DNA of 46,132 nucleotides from Squalus acanthias (lineage: Eukaryota). Below are positions 30,001 through 40,143 of the stretch, piece by piece. Numbering within the stretch: position 1 is the stretch's first letter; every line of letters begins with the position of its first letter. Under the pieces are notes generated by a model. It ran no database searches. It had not been told where the DNA came from and saw only the letters and a list, made by a program, of their open reading frames with translations. The stretch spans positions 496,001-542,132 of the forward strand of contig JASTWF010000325.1 of the NCBI GenBank assembly GCA_030390025.1, given 5' to 3'. The position numbers and the translations under genes were made by a program.

Positions 30001-33000
30001 TGAATGAGACACAGTGTGAATGAGACACAAATTGAATGAGACACAGTGTGAATGAGACACAAATTGAATGAGACACATTGTGAATGAGACACAATATGAA
30101 TGGGACACAGTGTGAATGAGACACAGTGTGAATGAGACACAAATTGAATGAGACACAGTGTGAATGAGACACAAATTGAATGGGACACAGTGTGAATGGG
30201 ACACAGTGTGAATGGGACACAGTGTGAATGAAACACAATGTGAATGGGACACAGTGAGAATGAGACACAGTGTGAATGAGACACAGTGTGAATGGGACAC
30301 AGTTTGAATGAGACACAATTTGAATGAGACACAGTGTGAATGAGACACAATGTGAATGGGACACAGTGTGAATGAGACACAATGTGAATGGGACACAGTG
30401 TGAATGGGACACAGTGTGAATGGGACACAGTGTGAATGGGACACAGTGTGAATGGGACACTGTGTGAATGAGACACAATGTGAATGGGAAAAAGTGAGAA
30501 TGAGACACACTGTGAATGAGACACAGTGCGAATGAGACACAGTGTGAATGGGACACAGTGTGAATGGGACACAATGTGAATGGGACACAGTGTGAATGGG
30601 ACACAGTCTGAATGGGACACAGTCTGAATGGGACACAATGTGAATGGGACACAATGTGAATGGGACACAGTGTGAATGGGACACAGTGTGAATGGGACAC
30701 AGTGTGAATGAGACACAGTATGAATGAGACACAATGTGAATGGGACACAATGTGAATGAGACACAGTGTGAATGGGACACAGTGTGAATGGGACACAGTG
30801 TGAATGAGACACAATGTGAATGGGACACAATGTGAATGAGACACAGTGTGAATGGGACACGGTGTGAATGAGACACAGTATGAATGAGACAGAGTGTGAA
30901 TGAGACACAGTGTGAATGAGACACAGTGTGAATGAGACACAATGTGAATGAAACACAGTGTGAATGGGACACAATGTGAATGAGACACAGTGTGAATGAG
31001 ACACAATGTGAATGAAAAACAGTGTGAATGAGACACAGTGAGAATGAGACACAGTGTGAATGAGACACAGTGTGAATGAGACACAATGTGAATGGGACAC
31101 AGTGTGAATGGGACACAGTGTGAATGAGACACAGTGTGAATGAGACACAGTGTGAATGGGACACAGTGTGAATGAGACACAGTGTGAATGAGACAGAGTA
31201 TGAATGGGACACAGTCTGAATGAGACACAGGGTGAATGGGACACAGTGTGAATGAGACACAGTGTGGATGAGACACACTGTGAATGGGACACAGTGTGAA
31301 TGAGACACAGCGTGAATGAGACACAATGTGAATTGGACACAGTGTGAATGAGACACATTGTGAATGGGACACAGTGTGAATGAGACACAGTATGAATGGG
31401 ACACAGTGTGAATGAGACACAGTGTGAATGAGACACAGTGTGAATGGGACACAGTGTGAATGAGACACAGTATGAATGAGACACAATGTGAACGGGACAC
31501 AGTGTGAATGAGACACAGTCTGAATGAGACACAATGTGAATGGGACACAGTGTGAATGAGACACAGTATGAATAAGACACAATGTGAATGGGACACGATG
31601 TGAATGAGACACAGTGTGAAAGAGACACAGTGTGAATGAGACATAGTTTGAATGAGACACAGTGTGAATGGGACACAGTGTGAATGAGAAACAGTCTGAA
31701 TGAGACACAGTGTGAATGTGACACAGTGTGAATGAGACACAGTGTGAATGGGACACAGTGTGAATGAGACACAATGTGAATGAGACACAGTGTGAATGGG
31801 GCACAGTGTGAATGAGAAACAGTGTGAATGGGACACAATGTGAATGAGACACAATGTGAATGGGACACAGTGTGAATGAGACACAGTGTGAATGAGACAC
31901 AATGTGAATGAGACACAGTGTGAATGAGACACAGTGTGAATGAGACACAGTGTGAATGAGACACAGTGTGAATGGGACACAGTGTGAATGAGACACAGTG
32001 TGAATGGGACACAGTGTGAATGAGACACAATGTGAATGAGACACAGTGTGAATGGGACACAGTGTGAATGAGAAACAGTGTGAATGGGACACAATGTGAA
32101 TGAGACACAATGTGAATGAGACACAGTGTGAATGGGACACAGTGTGAATGGGACACAGTGTGAATGGGACACAGGGTGAATGAGTCACAGTGTGAATGAG
32201 ACACAGTGTGAATGGGACACAGGGCGAATGAGTCACAGTGTGAATGAGACACAGTGTGAAAGAAACACAGTGTGAATGAGACACAGTATGAATAAGACAC
32301 AATGTGAATGGGACACGTTGTGAATGAGACACAGTGTGAAAGAGACACAGTGTGAATGAGACATAGTTTGAATGAGACACAGTGTGAATGGGACACAGTG
32401 TGAATGGGACACAGTTTGAATGGGACACAGTGTGAATGAGACACAGTGTGAATGAGACACAATGTGAATGAGTCACAGTGTGAATGGGACACAGTGTGAA
32501 TGAGACACAGTGTGAATGCGACACAGTTTGAATGAGACACAGTGTGAATGAGACACAGCGTGACTGAGACACAGTGTGAATGGGACACAGTGTGAATGAG
32601 ACACAGTGTGAATGGGACACAGTGTGAATGAGACACAGTGTGAATGGGACACAGTGTGAATGAGACACAATGTGAATGAGACACAGTGTGAATGAGACAC
32701 AGTGTGAATGAGACACAGTGTGAATGGGACACAGTGTGAATGGGACACAGGGCGAATGAGTCACAGTGTGAATGAGACACAGTGTGAATGGGACACAGGG
32801 TGAATGAGTCACAGTGTAAATGAGACACAGTGTGAAAGAAACACTGTGTGAATGAGACACAGTATGAATAAGACAGAATGTGAATGGGACACGATGTGAA
32901 TGAGACACAGTGTGAAAGAGACACAGTGTGAATGTGACATAGTTTGAATGAGGCACAGTGTGAATGGGACACAGTGTGAATGAGACACAGTCTGAATGAG

Positions 33001-35662
33001 ACACAGTGTGAATGGGACACAGTGTGAATGAGACACAGTGTGAATGGGACACAGTGTGAATGAGACACAATGTGAATGAGACACAGTGTGAATGGGGCAC
33101 AGTGTGAATGAGAAACAGTGTGAATGGGACACAATGTGAATGAGACACAATGTGAATGGGACACAGTGTGAATGAGACACAGTGTGAATGAGACACAATG
33201 TGACTGAGACACAGTGTGAATGAGACACAGTGTGAATGAGACACAGTGTGAATGAGACACAGAGTGAATGGGACACAGTGTGAATGAGACACAGTGTGAA
33301 TGGGACACAGTGTGAATGAGACACAATGTGAATGAGACACAGTCTGAATGGGACACAGCGTGAATGAGAAACAGTGTGAATGGGACACAATGTGAATGAG
33401 ACACAATGTGAATGGGACACAGTTGAATGAGACACTGTGTGAATGAGACACAATGTGAATGGGACACAGTCTGAATGGGACACAGTGTGAATGAGAAACA
33501 GTGTGAATGGGACACAGTGTGAATGGGACACAGGGTGAATGAGACACAATGTGAATGAGACACAATGTGAATGGGACATAGTCTGAATGGGACACTATGT
33601 GAATGGGACACAGTCTGAATGGGACACAGTGTGAATGGGACACAGTGTGAATGAGACAATGTGTGAGTGAGACACAATGTGAATGGGACACAGTCTGAAT
33701 GGGACACAATGTGAATGGGACCCAGTCTGAATGGGACACAGTGTGAATGAGACACTGTGTGAATGAGACACAATGTGAATGAGACACAATGTGAATGAGA
33801 CACAGTCTGAATGGGACACAGTGTGAATGAGAAACAGTGTGAATGGGACACAATGTGAATGAGACACAATGTGAATGGGACACAGTGTGAATGAGACACT
33901 GTGTGAATGAGACACAACGTGAATGGGACACAATGTGAATGGGACACTGTGTGAATGGGACACAGTTTGAATGGGACACAGTGTGAATGCGACACAGTTT
34001 GAATGAGACACAGTGTGAATGAGACACTGTGTGAATGAGACACAGTGTGAATGGGACACAATGTGAATGGGACACAGGGTGAATGAGTCACAGTGTGAAT
34101 GAGACACAGTGTGAAAGAAACACAGTGTGAATGAGACACAGTGTGAATGAGACACAGTGTGAATGGGACACAATGTGAATGAGACACAGTTTGAATGAGA
34201 CACAATGTGAATGCGAAACAGTGTGAATGGGACACAGTGTGAATGAGACACAGTGTGAATGAGACACAATGTGAATGGGACACAGTGTGTATGGGACACA
34301 GTGTGAATGAGACACAGTGTGAATGAGACACAGTGTGAATGGGACACAGTGTGAATGAGACACAGTGTGAATGAGACACAGTGTGAATGAGACACCGTGT
34401 GAATGAGACACAGTGTGAATGAGACACAGTGTGAATGAGACAGAGTTTGAATGAGACACAGTGTGAATGAGACACAGTGTGAATGAGACACAGTGTGAAT
34501 GAGACACAGTGTGAATGAGACACAGTATGAATGAGACACAATGTGAATGGGACACAATGTGAATGGTGCACAGTGTGAATGAGACACAGTGTGAATGAGA
34601 CACAGTGTGAATGGGACACAATGTGAATGGGACACAATGTGAATGGGACACAGTGTGAATGAGACACAGTGTGAATGAGACACAGTGTGAATGAGACACA
34701 GTGTGAATGAGACACAGTTTGAATGGGACACAGTGTGAATGAGACACAATGTGAATGAGACACAATGTGAATGGGACACAATGTGAATGAGACACAATGT
34801 GAATGAGACACTTTGTGAATGAGACACAATGTGAATGAGACACAATGTGAATGAGACACAGTGTGAATGGGACACAATGTGAATGAGACACAATGTGAAT
34901 GAGACACAGTGTGAATGAGACACTGTGTGAATGGGACACAATGTGAATGAGACACAGTGTGAATGAGACACTGTGTGAATGAGACACAGTGTGAATGAGA
35001 CACAATGTGAATGAGACACAGTGTGAATGAGACACAATGTGAATGGGACACAATGTGAGTGAGACACAATGTGAATGGGACACAGTGTGAATGGGACACA
35101 GTGCGAAAGGGACACAATGTGAATGAGACATGGTGTGAATGGGACACAGTGTGAATGGGACACAGTGTGAATGAGACACAGTGTGAATGGGACACAGTGT
35201 GAATGAGACACAATGTGAATGGGACACAGTGTGAATGAGACACAATGTGAATGAGACACAGTGTGAATGAGACACAGTGTGAATGAGACACAATGTGAAT
35301 GAGACATGGTGTGAATGGGACACAGTGTGAATGGGACACAGTGTGAATGAGACACAATGTGAATGAGACACAGTGAGAATGAGACACAGTGTGAATGGGA
35401 CACAGTGTGAATGAGACACAATGTGAATGAGACACAATGTGAATGAGACACAGTGTGAATGGGACACAGTGTGAATGGGACACAATGTGAATGGGACACA
35501 GTGTGAATGAGACACAGTGTGAATGAGTCACAATGTGAATGAGACACAATGTGAATGGGACACAATGTGAATGAGACACAATGTGAATGGGACACAGTGT
35601 GAATGAGACACAATGTGAATGGGACACAGTGTGAATGAGACACAATGTGAATGAGACACAGT
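1..35662. repeat. 16-bp tandem satellite array, consensus GAATGRGACACARTGT, about 2,200 units, open at the left window edge
   Basis: Continuous 16-bp periodicity with two dimorphic positions (atgAg/atgGg; cacaGt/cacaAt) plus rare variants. It ends abruptly at ...gagacacagt|ttctcactctc (35662). Copy number is length divided by 16. Confidence 0.99.
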
Positions 35663-35715
35663 TTCTCACTCTCTGCTCCAAAAATGAGGCCCGGGGTTTT
35701 TGACCATCGCAGCAT

Positions 35716-36048
35716 TCAATTTTCCACCCGTTCCATGTGGGAATCGGCAGATAATCTCGTGGCCTGGACCCCTCCTGCTGACAGCAGGTCTGTTGTGGGA
35801 TTGGCGAATGGGCAGTGCCTGCGGTGTACCCACGATCGGAGAGGTGGGGCAGGGTAGGCCCAAGCTCTCCTTGTGGGACCTGGATGTGTTCTCTCGCCTC
35901 TCTTGGTTCCGAGTGTTTCAAACCATATCTTTAGGAGGTTCTTCTGTCCCTGATCCAGCTCCTCATGGCAGTGGGCCTGAGGGAAGCTCACTGCCTCTTC
36001 CCGCTCAGGCCGGTGGTTGATCTCAGTGAGGTCATCATTTCCCGCCAT
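35716..36048 (-). CDS. 110-aa ORF of unknown function in unique sequence (may be non-coding)
   Basis: ATG in a GGCATGG context about 95 nt downstream of the GC-box repeat on the minus strand. No recognisable domain. Confidence 0.15.
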   Translation of the reverse strand: MAGNDDLTEINHRPEREEAVSFPQAHCHEELDQGQKNLLKIWFETLGTKRGERTHPGPTRRAWAYPAPPLRSWVHRRHCPFANPTTDLLSAGGVQATRLSADSHMERVEN

Positions 36049-36245
36049 GCCGAAGTTAAGAAGTACTCCGGCAGCTCCGGCGAGTGTCCTTGCTGCCCCC
36101 TGAGAGCAAGTGAAATCCCGAGCCCAACAGCTGCTGGTGCCCGCCCGCCCGCCCGCCCGTGGGTTATAATCGCCCGCCCGCCCGCCCGTGGGTTATAATC
36201 GCCCGCCCGCCCGCCCGTGGATTAGAATCGCCCCCAGCGCGACTG
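36040..36245. promoter_or_regulatory. Possible CpG-rich promoter-like element (overlapping GGGCGG GC boxes and TTATAA)
   Basis: High CpG density, multiple CCGCCC (Sp/KLF-type) boxes, and palindromic TTATAA in two repeat units. Motif-level evidence only. Confidence 0.3.
36142..36228. repeat. 3 x 29-bp GC-rich tandem repeat, (CGCC)4CG-TGGGTTATAAT
   Basis: Copies at 36142, 36171 and 36200; the third ends tggattagaat. Confidence 0.95.
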
Positions 36246-36260
36246 TTATTGAATTTCAGG

Positions 36261-36538
36261 GAAAGAAAGAAGAAAGAAAGACTTGCATTTCTCTCGCGCC
36301 TTTCACAACCGCAGGGCGTCCCAACGCGCTTTACAGCCAATGAAGTACTTTTTGACATGTAGTCACTGTTGTAATGTGGGAAACGCAGCAGCCAATTTGC
36401 GCACAGCAAGCTCCCACAAACAGCAATGTGATAATGAGCAGGCAATCTGTTTTAGTGATGTTGGTTGAGGGATAAATATTGGCCAGGACACTGGGGAGAG
36501 CTCCCCTGCTCTTCGAATAGTGCCGCGTGATCTCTTAT
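36261..36538 (-). mobile_element. 5'-truncated DeuSINE (SacSINE1-like): 3' tail and part of the Deu domain
   Basis: (GAAA)n-like tail followed by ACTTGCATTT...CTTTACAGCCAATGAAGTACTTTT...GAGGGATAAATATTGGCCAGGACAC. It aligns directly with the second copy at 37128-37340. Family name from recalled shark SINE consensus. Confidence 0.85.
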
Positions 36539-36957
36539 GGCTGCCACCACAGAGCACAGTGCCTGTAATGAGCGGTCCGGGTACGTGAGCTGTCCAGACA
36601 CTGCAAGCTCCTGTGTTATTGGCTGGGGTTTGTACAGAGATCCAGACGGCTGGTCTGGCTCCTGTTTGGCATCAGCACCTGGTGCTTTCCACAGTCAGTG
36701 CTGGCTGATTCTGGAGGTGAGAGGCTATCAGAAAGGGAAATTCCAGCTGTGTGCAGATTAGAGCAGGCCTGTAATCTGTGAGGTGTAAGTCCAGCATTGG
36801 TTCAGACTGACTCTACGGCCTTGTCCTGTGGGGAGTTTGGCGTGATTGAACCGATTCTGATCAGTGACCTGGATGAAGCTCACAACCCAGGGGAGAGTCA
36901 CAGAGCAGTGTCAGCCTGAGTCATTCACCCTCACCATACTCGCAGGCTGCTGATAAC

Positions 36958-37106
36958 TTGATTCGAACCTGGAAGTGTCAGCGTGTTACGGAGAGGTTTA
37001 TGGGGTGGGAAGCTCCGCTCCGATGCGAGGGAGATAGTGAGGTTGTGAACAGTCTGGTTCAGCCTGTTACACTGGGCTGGGTGAGGAATGGAATCGGTGG
37101 CTTAGG
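36958..37106 (-). mobile_element. L2-clade LINE ORF2 fragment C (post-RT region)
   Basis: 37101->37000 translates ATDSIPHPAQCNRLNQTVHNLTISLASERSFPPH, matching the L2-type pattern ...LNQTVRNLGVxFDxELSFxPH. Degenerate LSVT/HFQVRI follows, corresponding to ITKTAYFHLRNI. Confidence 0.75.
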
Positions 37107-37107
37107 T

Positions 37108-38113
37108 AAAAGAATGAAAAAGAACAAACTTGCATTTATATAGCGCCTTTCACAAACTTGGAACGTCCCAAAGCGCTTTACAGCCAATGAAGTACTTTTG
37201 AAGTGTAGTCACGGTTGTAATGTAGGAAATGAGGAAGCAAATTTGCGCACAGCAAGATCCCACAAACAGCAATATGATCATGACCAGATCATCCGTTTTA
37301 GTGATGCTGGTTAAGGGATAAATATTGGCCAGGACACTGGCGGGAACTCGGTTTCACTTCTCATCTGAAAGACAACACCTCCGACAGTGCAGCATTCCCT
37401 CAGTACTACCCCCTCCGACAGTGCAGCACTCCCTCAGTACTGCCCCTCCGACAGTGCAGCATTCCCTCAGTACTGCCCCTCCGACAGTGCAGCACTCCCT
37501 CAGTACTGCCCCTCCGACAGTGCAGCATTCCCTCAGTACTGCCCCCTCCGACAGTGCAGCGCTCCCTCAGTACTGCCCCTCCGACAGTGCAGAATTCCCT
37601 CAGTACTGCCCCCTCCGACAGTGCAGTGCTCCCTCAGTACTGCCCCCTCCGACAGTGCAGTGCTCCCTCAGTACTGACCCTCCGACAGTGCAGTGCTCCC
37701 TCAGTACTGACCCTCCGACAGTGCAGCATTCCCTCAGTACTGCCCCTCCGACAGTGCAGCGCTCCCTCAGTACTGCCCCTCCGACAGTGCAGCATTCCCT
37801 CAGTACTGCCCCTCCGACAGTGCAGTTTTCCCTCAGTACTGCCCCTCCGACAGTGCGGAGCTCCCTCAGTACTGCCCCTCCGACAGTGCAGGACTCCCTC
37901 AGTACTGCCCCTCTGACAGTGCAGCACTCCCTCAGTACTGCCCCTCTGACAGTGCAGCGCTCCCTCAGTACTGCCTATCCGACAGTGCGGCGCTCCCTCA
38001 GTACTGCACTGGAGTGTCAGCCTGGATTATGGCTAAAGTTGCTGGAGTGGGGCTTGAAACCAATGACATCTGACTCAGAGGGGAGAGTGCTGCCCGCTGA
38101 ACCACTGCTGACT
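37108..38113 (-). mobile_element. Near full-length tRNA-derived DeuSINE (SacSINE1-like) with an internal deletion and an internal minisatellite
   Basis: Minus-strand tRNA-like head with A box TGGTTCAGCGGG (38104-38093) and degenerate B box GGTTTCAAGCCC (38061-38050). Deu-domain remnants; 3' tail homologous to 36261-36500; T-rich terminal run at 37108-37128. Confidence 0.88.
37378..38006. repeat. 33(34)-bp minisatellite CCTCCGACAGTGCAGCAYTCCCTCAGTACTGCC, 19 copies, inside the SINE
   Basis: ccgacagtg/ctgacagtg counted 19 times from 37381 to 37979 at 33-34 bp spacing. SINE sequence continues on both sides. Confidence 0.97.
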
Positions 38114-38240
38114 GGGAACGGAGTTTGTGGCGGGGCCGAAGACAACGGCTACAGTCTTCCCAATGCTTAACAGGAGGAAATTGCAGCTCATCCAGTCGGA
38201 GATGTCGGACAAGCAGCATGACAACAGGGAGGCAGTGGAG
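38114..38240 (-). mobile_element. L2-clade LINE ORF2 fragment B (RT C-terminal motifs)
   Basis: Translates STASLLSCCLSDISDWMSCNFLLLSIGKTVAVVFGP, then after a 1-nt frameshift RHKLRS. Matches the L2 RT pattern CLxDIxxWMxxNFLxLNxxKTExxxF. Confidence 0.85.
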
Positions 38241-40020
38241 GGGGTCGGGAGAGGAGGAGGAGGGAGTCGAGAGAGGCAGTGGAGGGGGTCGGGAGAGGAG
38301 GTGGAGGGGGTCGAGAGAGGAGGTGGAGGGGGTCGGGAGAGGAGGTGGAGTGGGTCGGGAGAGGAGGTGGAGGGGGTCGAGAGAGGAGGTGGAGGGGGTC
38401 GAGCGAGGAGGTGGAGGGGGTCGAGAGAGGCAGTAGAGGGGGTCGGGAGTGGAGGTGGAGGGGGTCGGGAGAGGAGGTGGAGGGGGTCGAGAGAGGAGGT
38501 GGAGGGGGTCGGGAGAGGAGGTGGAGGGGGTCGGGAGAGGAGGTGGAGGGGGTCGAGAGAGGCAGTGGAGGGGGTCGGGAGTGGAGGTGGAGGGCGTCGA
38601 GACAGGAGGTGGAGGGGGTCGAGAGAGGCAGTGGAGGGGGTCGGGAGAGGAGGTGGAGGGGGTCGAGAGAGGCAGTGGAGGGGGTCGGGAGAGGAGGTGG
38701 AGGGGGTCGAGAGAAGCAGTGGAGGGGGTCGGGAGAGGAGGTGGAGGGGGTCGAGAGAAGAGGTGGAGGGGGTTGAGAGAGAGGAGGTGGAGGGGGTTCG
38801 AGAGAGAGGAGGTGGAGTGGGTCGGGAGAGGAGGTGGAGGGGGTCGAGAGAGGAGGTGGAGGGGGTCGAGAGAGGAGGTGGAGGGGGTCCAGAGAGAGGA
38901 GGTGGAGGAATTCGAGAGAGGAGGTGGAGGGGGTCGAGAGAGAGGAGGTGGAGGGGGTCCAGAGAGAGGAGGTGGAGGAATTCGAGAGAGGAGGTGGAGG
39001 GGGTCGAGAGAGAGGAGGTGGAGGGGGTCGAGAGAGAGGAGGTGGAGGGGGTCGAGGGAGAGGAGGTGGAGGGGGTCGAGAGAGGAGGTGGAGGGGGGTC
39101 GAGAGAGGCAGTGGAGGGGGTCCAGAGAGAGGAGGTGGAGGAATTCGAGAGAGGAGGTGGAGGGGGTCGAGAGAGAGGAGGTGGAGGGGGTCCAGAGAGA
39201 GGAGGTGGAGGGGGTCGAGAGAGAGGAGGTGGAGGGGGTCGAGAGAGGAGGTGGAGGGGGGTCGAGAGAGGCAGTGGAGGGGGTCCAGAGAGAGGAGGTG
39301 GAGGGGGTCGAGAGAGGAGGTGGAGGGGGTCGAGAGAGGAGGTGGAGGGGGTCAAGAGAGAGTAGGTGGAGGGGGTCGAGAGAGAGGAGGTGGAGGGGGT
39401 CGAGAGAGGAGGTGGAGGGGGTCGAGAGAGGAGGTGGAGGGGGTCGAGAGAAGCAGTGGAGGGGGCCCAGAGAGAGGAGATGGAGGGGGTCGAGAGAGGA
39501 GGTGGAGGGGGTCGAGAGAAGCAGTGGAGGGGGCCCAGAGAGAGGAGATGGAGGGGGTCGAGAGAGGAGGTGGAGGGGGTCGAGAGAGGAGGTGGAGGGG
39601 GTCGAGAGAGGAGGTGGAGAGGGTCGAGAGAGAGGCAGTGGAGGGGGTCGAGAGAGGAGGTGGAGGGGGTCGAGAGAGGAGGTGGAGGGGGTCGAGAGTA
39701 GAGGTGGAGAGGGTCGAGAGAGAGGAGGTGGAGGGGGTCGAGAGAGGAGGTGGAGAGGGTCGAGAGAGAGGAGGAGGAGGGGGTCGAGAGAGGAGGTGGA
39801 GGGGGTCGAGAGAGGAGGTGGAGGGGGTCGAGAGAGGAGGTAGAGAGGTGTCGAGAGAGAGGAGGTGGAGGGGGTCGGGAGAGGAGGTGGAGGGGGTCGA
39901 GAGAGTAGGTGGAGGGGGGTCGAGAGAGAGGAGGTGGAGGGGGTCGAGAGAGGAGGTGGAGGGGGTCAAGAGAGGAGGTGGAGGGGGTCGAGAGAGGCAG
40001 TGGAGGGGGTCGAGAGAGGC
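38229..40020. repeat. G/purine-rich 22-24-bp minisatellite GGAGGTGGAGGGGGTCGAGAGA, about 80 copies
   Basis: Direct periodicity; variants GGCAGTGG, GGTCGGGA, GGAATTCG and extra GA dinucleotides. Confidence 0.97.
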
Positions 40021-40086
40021 GGTGCTGAGGTAGGGCTGCGTCTCGTCAGTGTACACGTGGAATTTGACCTTGTGTCTGTGGACAAT
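40006..40086 (-). mobile_element. L2-clade LINE ORF2 fragment A containing the decayed RT catalytic motif
   Basis: Translates IVHRHKVKFHVYTDETQPYLSTASLDP, corresponding to the L2 pattern IIRxHGVxFHxYADDTQLYL, with YADD decayed to YTDE. Confidence 0.85.
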
Positions 40087-40143
40087 GGGCTGAAATGGGG
40101 AAATGGGGAAAATGTGGGTCCAGGTCCCACCGTCCCTTTACAT

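Noticed and set aside
1061..35515. Giant Cys/His-rich minus-strand ORFs (up to 4036 aa) as real genes
   Set aside because: The 16-mer has no stop on that strand, and all three frames give the same 16-aa period. Indels switch frames freely, so there is no sign of coding constraint.
35666..35960. Faint resemblance to L1 ORF1 (LLKIWFETLG; IRQSH...HEIICRF)
   Set aside because: The motifs are in different frames with wrong spacing; too weak to call without a profile search.
38045..38113. tRNA gene
   Set aside because: The A/B boxes belong to the SINE head, and no intact cloverleaf is evident.
37325..38170. 281-aa mucin-like PPTVQHSLSTA ORF
   Set aside because: It is the antisense reading of the SINE and its 33-bp repeat, with a non-ATG start.
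38229..40020. GGAGGTGG similarity to the Jeffreys minisatellite core or Chi
   Set aside because: It is a short match in G-rich sequence and is explained by derivation from the L2 sequence.
38075..40056. Pro-rich and Gly/Arg/Glu-rich ORFs (extensin- or formin-like)
   Set aside because: They are translations of the 22-24-bp minisatellite on both strands. Only their non-repetitive ends (L2 remnants) are meaningful.
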